NCBI GenBank assembly: GCA_964016885.1
Contig: CAXHJY010000062.1
Coordinates: forward strand, 1-37,789
Length of the DNA: 37,789 nucleotides
DNA from: Eledone cirrhosa
Lineage: Eukaryota
Reading direction: 5' to 3'
Shown here: piece by piece, positions 29,176 through 37,789 of the stretch
How the letters are laid out: each line of letters opens with the position of its first letter
How positions within the stretch are numbered: position 1 is the stretch's first letter
Translations under genes and position numbers: made by a program
Notes under the pieces: generated by a model
The model's input: only the letters and a program-made list of their open reading frames with translations
What the model was told of the DNA's origin: nothing
The model's database searches: none

Positions 29176-30125
29176 AATGTGTGTCTGTGCGAGTATGTGT
29201 GTGTATGTGTCTGGCTATGCGAATGTGTGTATATATGTGTGTGTGTACTCGTGTGTATGCAAGTGTAGATATGTGACGAACAGTAAGTTGATGTTCCATA
29301 CCAAATTGGTGTGTATGTATGTGTGTGGCTATGCGAATGTGAGTGTATATGTGCGTGTGCACAAGTATGTGACTGTCTGTACGAATGTGTGTGTGTGTGT
29401 ATATATATAAATGTGTGTGTATGTGAGTGGACTTGCGCGTGTATGCAAGTGCATATATGTGTGTGTACGTGTGTGGCCCTGCGCGTGTATGCAAGTGCAT
29501 ATATGTGTGTGTACGTGTGTGGACCTGCGTGTACGTAAGTGCATATGTGTGTGTGTGTGTGTGTGTGTGGACCTGTGCCTGTATGCAAGTGCATATATGT
29601 GTGTGTGTGTGTGTGTGTGGACCTGTGCCTGTATGCAAGTGCATATATGTGTGTGTGTGTGTGTGTGGACCTGTGCCTGTATGCAAGTGCATATATGTGT
29701 GTGTACGTGTGTGGACCTGCGCGTGTATGCAAGTGCATATATATGTGTGTGTATGTGTGTGGACTTGCACGTGTATGCAAGTGCATATAATGTGTGTGTG
29801 TGTGTATGTGTGTGGACTTGCGCATGTATGCAAGTGCATATATGTGTGTGTACGTGTGTGGACTTGCGCATGTATGCAAGTGCATATATGTGTGTGTGTG
29901 TGTGCGTGTGTACTCGTGAGTGTATGCAGGTGTATATATGCGAATGTGTGTACTCGTGTGTGTATGCAAGTGTATATATATAAGTGACGAGCAGTAAGTT
30001 GATGTTTCATACGAAATTGGTGTTTGGGGGCGTGTATGTATGTGTGTGTGCATGTATGTGTGTGTGTGTGTGTGTGTGTGTCTGTGTGTGTGTCTGTGTG
30101 TGTGTGTGTGTGTGCGTGCGTGCAA
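28715..30125. repeat. GT-rich compound minisatellite (~50-60-bp units)
   Basis: gtggacctg.gc.tgtatgcaagtgcatat recurs ~9 times; a ~40-bp marker (gtgacga.cagtaagttgatgtt.catac.aaattggtgt) occurs at ~29273 and ~29984. Confidence 0.9.
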
Positions 30126-30589
30126 GAGAGACTGTGTGTGTTTCGTTTTTGTTTGTTTTACTCTTTTTTTCCCCCGAAAAATTGTTAATTACGTATGCAA
30201 GCCCAGTAGGTGAATTAATTATTGGATTTAAACAGAGATAAGACCTTCTAGAAATTCGTGTCCACATTGAAAATTGGTGTCAATTAATCGTAACGTAGTT
30301 TTAAAGCTGGAGCTTAACAATTCTTGGCATGTTAAATTTTAGTGTTTGCCGTGAAAATAAATCGTTAATTAGATGTAGCATGTTTACAGAAATATGGATG
30401 CAGCGTCGTTGAATGATGGCTCATGGTTAATATGTTGTCTTTGAAAGCATTAAGGTCTAAAGTTCTACATACTCCTACTTCGCCCCGAGTTCGATCCGAC
30501 TATTTACCATAGCTTGAGAGGAGAAATTGGAACTTATTGAGTAGAAAGATCAAAAGTGTTTAAGGGTCTGTCGGTGTGTCGGATCAATG

Positions 30590-31800
30590 GATAGATGTAT
30601 GGATTGTATATGTAATTGAAAGAAAATACCCCCAGCTCCCTTTCTTTATACATTGTGGTACACTGGCTCTCCCTGAGATGTACATTAAAGATACACGTCC
30701 CTGATCTGAGACTTATGAGGGGAAATTATTGTGTTGCTAGATGAAAACTCTGAAAATATGTTGGGTGTATGGATGAAAAGGACCCAGCCTTCTTAAACAC
30801 TGTGGGACACTGGATCTCCCTGAGACGTACTTTAAAGGTTCACGTCTCTGACCTGAGACTGGTGAGGGGAAATTATTGAGTTGGTTGATAAAAAACTGTT
30901 TGGAAGTCTGTTGGATGGATAGATCGATGGTCTGTACCTGTAATTAAAAAAAGACCCCAGCTTCCTTATACAATGTGGTACTCTGACTCTCCCTGAGATG
31001 TACTTTAAAGGTATGTCTCCGAACTGAGCCTTGTGAGGGGAAATTGAGTAGATGGATTAAAACTCTTTGGAAATCTGTAGGGTGAATGGATGAATTGCAC
31101 CTTCAATGAAAAGGACCCAGCCTCCTTAAATACTGTATTTCTTTGTATTTTCTTGGTCCGTCAAACTTTGCGTTTGCTCTACACATCCACGTGTGCCCGA
31201 AAGACTTGCTTAAGTGGGGGTTTCTTTTTTTTATAGAAAGAACGAAACGGAGTTCCATGTACATTGAATCTCCCTGAGACGTACTTTAAAGGTTCACGTT
31301 TCAGACATGAGGAGTCTTGTCAGAGGAAATTATTGCGTAGATGAAAACTCTTTAGAAATCTGTTGGGTGTATAGATGAATTGTACCTTAAATGAAAATGA
31401 CCCAGCCTCATTAAATATTGTGGGACACTGGATCTCCCTGAGACGTACTTTAAAGGAACACGTCTCTAACTTGAGACTTGTGAAGGGAAATTATTGAGTT
31501 GGTAGATGAAAACTTTGGAAGTTTGTTGGATGGATGGATCGATGGATGGACTGTACCTTAAATAAAAAATACTCCAGCTTCCTTAAACACTGTGGTACAC
31601 TGAATCTCCCTGAGACGTACTTTAAAAGTTCACGTCTCAGACACGAGCCTTGTCAGGGTAAATTATAGAGTAGATGAAAACTTTTTAGAAATATGTTGGG
31701 TGTATGGATGTATTGTACCTTAAATGAAAAAGACCCAGCCTCCCTAAATACTGTGGGGCACTGGATCTCCCTGAGTCGTACATTAATGGTACATGCCTCT
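30590..31800. repeat. ~150-175-bp tandem satellite, ~7 diverged copies, one interrupted
   Basis: ctccctgaga.gtac.ttaaag at ~30669, 30816, 30989, 31271, 31434, 31607 and 31767. Confidence 0.9.
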
Positions 31801-32135
31801 GTGAAATGCACAGCCACTTACACTACTATAATGCAAGTTTACTTTCTGTGGATAAGTTTCTGCATTCGATCCTATATGAGTCGCGTATTGGACAAATGCC
31901 CTTAACTTGAGTGAAACTGGGTAGCGGGAAACTGGGTAGTCAGACACTGGGTAGCAGGTGACTGTGTGATATACAGAGAAGTGTGATGGACGTCATGTCA
32001 CATTCATTGCCACCCTGGAGCGAAACACTGGCCTGGAAACTCTCACAGGAACTGGAAATAGCAATAATGAACCACGACGATGTGTAGAAAAGGGAGCCCT
32101 GCCCTTTAGCCCGAGTGGAAACCCAGTTTAAAAAT

Positions 32136-32573
32136 ATAATGACCATCTTCCCGTTCCGCGGTGGTAAACCCCTCGTCTGGGATGCCACTTGCAGCGATAC
32201 TTACCCCAGCCGCAACCTGGTGCAGTCTGCGACTAAACCAGGTTCTGCTGCACGTCGGGTTGAGGAGCAAACTTTCAAACTCTCCAAGTACCGGTCACCT
32301 TCTGGCAGGTTTGCGATCGAGCCCCTAAAAGTGGAGACTTCTGGTGTCCTTGGGCCTAGGGCTACCTCCCTACTCACAACCATAGGCGCTGAGCTGGCCA
32401 GCCGCATGTTTGAGCCTCGCGAGATGGAATGGCTTTTCCAGCGCATCTCTCTTACCATCCTCCGGGGAAACGCCTTCTCCATTCTGGCCGCCGGGGCTGT
32501 GGGACGGCCAGCACGTGAGACCCCAGTTGCTCATAATACAGAGAGATGGGGAGGGCGAGGGAGATGGGGGTGA
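32136..32573 (+). pseudogene. Restriction-like endonuclease (RLE) C-terminus of an early-branching non-LTR retrotransposon (CRE-like), 5'-truncated
   Basis: TIFPFRGGKPLVWDATCSDT..SAARRVE..KLSKY..VETSGVLGP..WLFQRISLTILRGNAFSIL; the upstream PD and CCHC motifs are absent. Confidence 0.8.
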
Positions 32574-32804
32574 TGACGGTGGGAGTTCGGCTCTTCCGTA
32601 ATCGGACACAGTGCACCTGTCAAGAGTGTATTTTGATGTACAACTTCGGGTTTACCACTTGTTGAATCACTGTTTTGTATAGAGATGTTATGAGTCGTGG
32701 GAATATATAGTAGTTCCATAGTAGCAGGGAAGGGGGCAGTGTAGTGAGTCCAGAGGTTAGTATGCTCGCGTATTTATTCATATTAAAGTTGCCTCTCGCC
32801 GAAC

Positions 32805-33600
32805 AACATGCGTTTCAGCATAGTTACGACCCTTTACGTTCTGTGTTCAAATCCCGCAGAGGTTAACTTTGCCTTTCATCCTTACGAGGGTGGGGTCGAT
32901 AAAATAAAGTACCAGTAATGCGCTGGGGTCGATTTAATCGACTTTCCCCTTCGCCTTCAAATTGCTGGCTTTGTGCCTATAGTAGGGTAGCGGATTGGCA
33001 GTATCGGTAGAGGGTCTGCGCCATGATTTGCAGCAATGAGTTACGGCCCTTTATGGTCTGAGTTCAAATCCCGCCGAGGTTAACTTTGCCTTTCATCCTT
33101 ACGGGGTCGATATAATAAAGTACCAGTAATACACTGAGATAATTGCTGGCCTTGTGCCAAAAGTAGAAACAGTTATTATTATTATTATTCTTTGCGGTGA
33201 ATTGGCAGTATGGGTAGAGGGTCGGACGCCATGCTTTCCAGCATAGTTACGTCTCTTTACGGTCTGAGTTCAAATCCCGCCGAGGTTAACTTTACCTTTC
33301 ATCCTTACGAGGTCGATAAAATAAAGTACCAGTAATGCACTGGGGTAATTGCTGGCCTTGTGCCTAAAGTAGAAACAATTATTATTCTTTGCGGTGGATT
33401 GGCAGTTTCGGTAGAGCGTCGGACGCCATGCTTTGAAGCATAGAATTACGTCCCTTTACGTTCTGAGTTCAAATTCCGCCCGTGGTTAGCTTTGCCTTTC
33501 ATCCTTACGGGGGTCGAGAAAATAAAGTACCTGGGGTCGATTTAATCTACTATCCCCTCCCGCCCACTCCCCTTCAAAATTGCTGGCATTGTGCCTAAAT
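32805..33600 (+). mobile_element. Head-to-tail array of four SINE copies (~200-bp period)
   Basis: Units begin at ~32805 (partial), 32991, 33193 and 33391, each with B-box gttcaaat.cc and the ggtcga.aaaataaagtacc body. Confidence 0.9.
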
Positions 33601-33644
33601 CAGGATCCGTTGTTATAGTTGCCCTGCTTTTGATGTTGTTCTTT

Positions 33645-33900
33645 TGATTGCTGTTGTTGTTGTTGTTACTGTTGTTGTTGTTGATCCTTCTGATTGTGTG
33701 TTTCAGCTCCCAATATTCTGGTGCTGCTGCTACTGTTGCTGCTGATGATGGTGGTGGTGATGGTGATGGTGATGGTGATGGTTTGTTGCTCATAATAGGT
33801 TTATTTCTTTTAAATTTTCTATGTACTATTGCAGCAGCTGCTGTTGCTGTCGTTGTTGTTGTTGTTGTTGTTTTTGTTATTAAGGTTGGTGTTGTTTTTG
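33645..33900. repeat. (GTT)n/(GAT/GGT)n/(GCT)n trinucleotide tract
   Basis: Direct reading. Confidence 0.85.
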
Positions 33901-33927
33901 TTTGTGTTGATCTGTGTTTTGTCTGGT

Positions 33928-34910
<983 letters not shown>

Positions 34911-35269
34911 TATATATATGTGTTTGTGTGTTTATTTTTTCTCCGTGATTTTGCTAAAATGATGAAAGACTGTGTGTATCTGATAGTAAATCAAAACAGG
35001 AAAAAAACCCTCCAACAACCAAAACAATATGGCGGATTGACAGAGTTACGTTCAGCTACGATAACATCAAATACTTCAGTTTCTTTCTTTCCTTTCTCAT
35101 TCTTTATCTTTTCTTTCTCTTTGTCTTAATCTTCTTCACGTTCTCCTTCGTCTGTCCTCCCCTTCTCCTTCATCTGTCCTCCCCTTCTCCTTCATTTTTT
35201 TTTTAGTTCATTACATTTTTTTTTATTTTATTTCATTTTCTCGTTTTTGTTTGATTCCTCTTACATTAC

Positions 35270-35643
35270 TCTCTATTTCACTATCTATCTATCTATTTAT
35301 CTATCTCTCCCTCTATCTATCTCTCAATATATCTCTCTCTATATATCTATCTCTCACTATCTCTTTCTCTCTCTCTCACTATCTCTCTCTATCTCTCTCT
35401 CTCTCTCTATCTCTCTAAATATATCTCACTATCTCACTATATCTCACTATCTCTCTCTCTATCTATCTATCTCTCACTATCTCTCTAGGTCTATCTCTCT
35501 ATCTCTCTCTCACTAACTATGTCTCTATCTCGCTATCTCTCTCTCTCTCTATCTATCTATCTCACTATCTCTCTCACTATCTCGCTCTCTCACTATCTCT
35601 CTCACTATCTCTCTCTCTCACTGTCTTTATCTCTCTCTCACTG

Positions 35644-35692
<49 letters not shown>

Positions 35693-35695
35693 CGC

Positions 35696-35731
<36 letters not shown>

Positions 35732-35805
35732 GCCCCCTCTCTCTCTCTCGCTATCTCTCTATCTGTCTTTCTCCCTCTGTTTCTTTCTCTGTTTTTCTCT
35801 CTGTT

Positions 35806-35836
<31 letters not shown>

Positions 35837-35925
35837 CTCTGTCTACCTACCAATCTCTCTATCTACCTTCCTATCTCCATCGCTATCTCTCTCTCTCTCT
35901 ATATCTCTCTCTCTTTCTCGCTCTC

Positions 35926-35970
<45 letters not shown>

Positions 35971-36340
35971 ATCTCCCTATTTCTATCTCTCTTTCTATAT
36001 ATATATATGTATCTATCTATCTCTCACTATCTATCTCTCTATCTCGCTCTTTCTCTCTATCTATCTATCTATCTCTATATATCTCGCTCAACCTCAAATA
36101 ATCTCCCTCTCTCTCTCGCTCTCTCTCGTTCTCTCTCTTTCTCTATCTCTCCTTCTTTCTCGTTCTCACTCTCTCTCCCTTAACTTTTTCTCACTCTCTC
36201 TCCCTCTTTCTCGTTCTTTCTCTTTCTATCCCTCCCATTCTCTCACTCTCTATCTATCTCTCTCTATCTCTCTTTCTTTATCCCTATCTCTCTCTCTTTG
36301 TTTATCAATATCTCTATTTCTTCTCCATTTTTCTTTTCTT
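35270..36340. repeat. (CT)n/(CTAT)n polypyrimidine-rich tract
   Basis: Direct reading. Confidence 0.93.
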
Positions 36341-36669
36341 TAAGCTTTTGGTCTCTCGTTTACGAGAATATTCTCTTCTCAGAGTTGACCGATGGGAATT
36401 TAATTTCCGGCCGATGGCATCGCAGATCAATATCATAGCAGATCAATAAGAAATTGGTATGTTTTTGCCAAAAACTCTGCGCACAATCTAGCACTGGCAC
36501 TTAAGTCATCGTTTCTTTCTCACGATAACGTGAAGAAGACGAGAGCAGAGAAGAATGAGGAGGAAAGGATTGGAGGGAAGAAGAGGGGGAGAAGAGAGGA
36601 ATTTGCTATAGATACTTCGAGAATGTTGCTCTCGTAATTTCAAAATGGCGTAGCGATTTATATCAAAAT

Positions 36670-36670
36670 T

Positions 36671-36704
<34 letters not shown>

Positions 36705-36758
36705 TATACATGTATATGTATATATATATATATACATGTATATATATGTATATATATG

Positions 36759-36791
<33 letters not shown>

Positions 36792-36813
36792 GTATATATA
36801 TAAATATGTATAC

Positions 36814-36847
<34 letters not shown>

Positions 36848-36884
36848 GTATATATATATGTATATATATATGTATATATATATG

Positions 36885-36966
<82 letters not shown>

Positions 36967-36978
36967 TGTATATATATG

Positions 36979-37020
<42 letters not shown>

Positions 37021-37032
37021 TGTATATATATG

Positions 37033-37107
<75 letters not shown>

Positions 37108-37204
37108 GTGTATATATATATATGTATATATGTATATATATATATATGTATATATATATATGTATATATATATATGTATATATATATATATGTATATATA
37201 TATG

Positions 37205-37235
<31 letters not shown>

Positions 37236-37248
37236 GTATATATATATG

Positions 37249-37279
<31 letters not shown>

Positions 37280-37308
37280 GTATATATATATGTATATATA
37301 TATGTATG

Positions 37309-37355
<47 letters not shown>

Positions 37356-37465
37356 GTATATATATATGTATATATATATTATGTATATATATATATATAT
37401 GTATATATATATGTATATGTATATATATATGTATATATATATGTATATATATGTGTATATATATG

Positions 37466-37560
<95 letters not shown>

Positions 37561-37568
37561 GTATATAT

Positions 37569-37606
<38 letters not shown>

Positions 37607-37633
37607 GTATATATATATGTATATATATATGTG

Positions 37634-37706
<73 letters not shown>

Positions 37707-37789
37707 GTATATATATATGTATATATATGTATATATATATATATGTATATATATGTATATATGTATATATATATGTGTATATATATGTG
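36670..37789. repeat. (TA)nTG microsatellite array
   Basis: Direct reading; runs to the window end. Confidence 0.98.

Noticed and set aside
17824-30267. Cys/Val- and His/Thr-rich ORFs resembling metal-binding proteins
   Set aside because: Translations of (GT)n/(CA)n tracts.
30590-31800. Regularly spaced repeats as a CRISPR array (also 20015-21304)
   Set aside because: The intervening sequences are homologous rather than unique spacers; no cas genes; eukaryotic context.
36383-36456. Candidate + strand exon (ttctcttctcAG ... GTatgt)
   Set aside because: Stops in all three frames and no supporting neighbouring exons.

Overview
Repeat-saturated eukaryotic, non-genic DNA. The SINE type and microsatellite load suggest a cephalopod/octopus-like genome (inference). 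Roughly two-thirds is simple or satellite repeat, so the (YI)n/(CV)n/(HT)n/(SL)n ORFs are artefacts, and no host protein-coding gene is evident. Real content: (1) a 5'-truncated, frameshifted Penelope-like retroelement (PLE; RT plus C-terminal GIY-YIG, Hydra-clade-like CxCx5C linker) at ~5808-9036 (-), inserted in (TA)n and ending in a minimal type I hammerhead ribozyme (HHR); (2) eight further complete or near-complete HHR motifs plus GAAA-side half motifs at three loci, in short (70-300 bp) non-coding (TA)n-associated islands, several with inverted-duplication architecture; five HHRs form one family with covarying stem II and a conserved position-4 C.C/C.U mismatch; (3) 3' fragments of an RLE-type and an RTE-like non-LTR element; (4) tRNA-derived SINEs, partly in tandem; (5) a probable Tigger-like MITE; (6) several minisatellites. 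All folds and alignments were done by eye; nothing was computed or searched.
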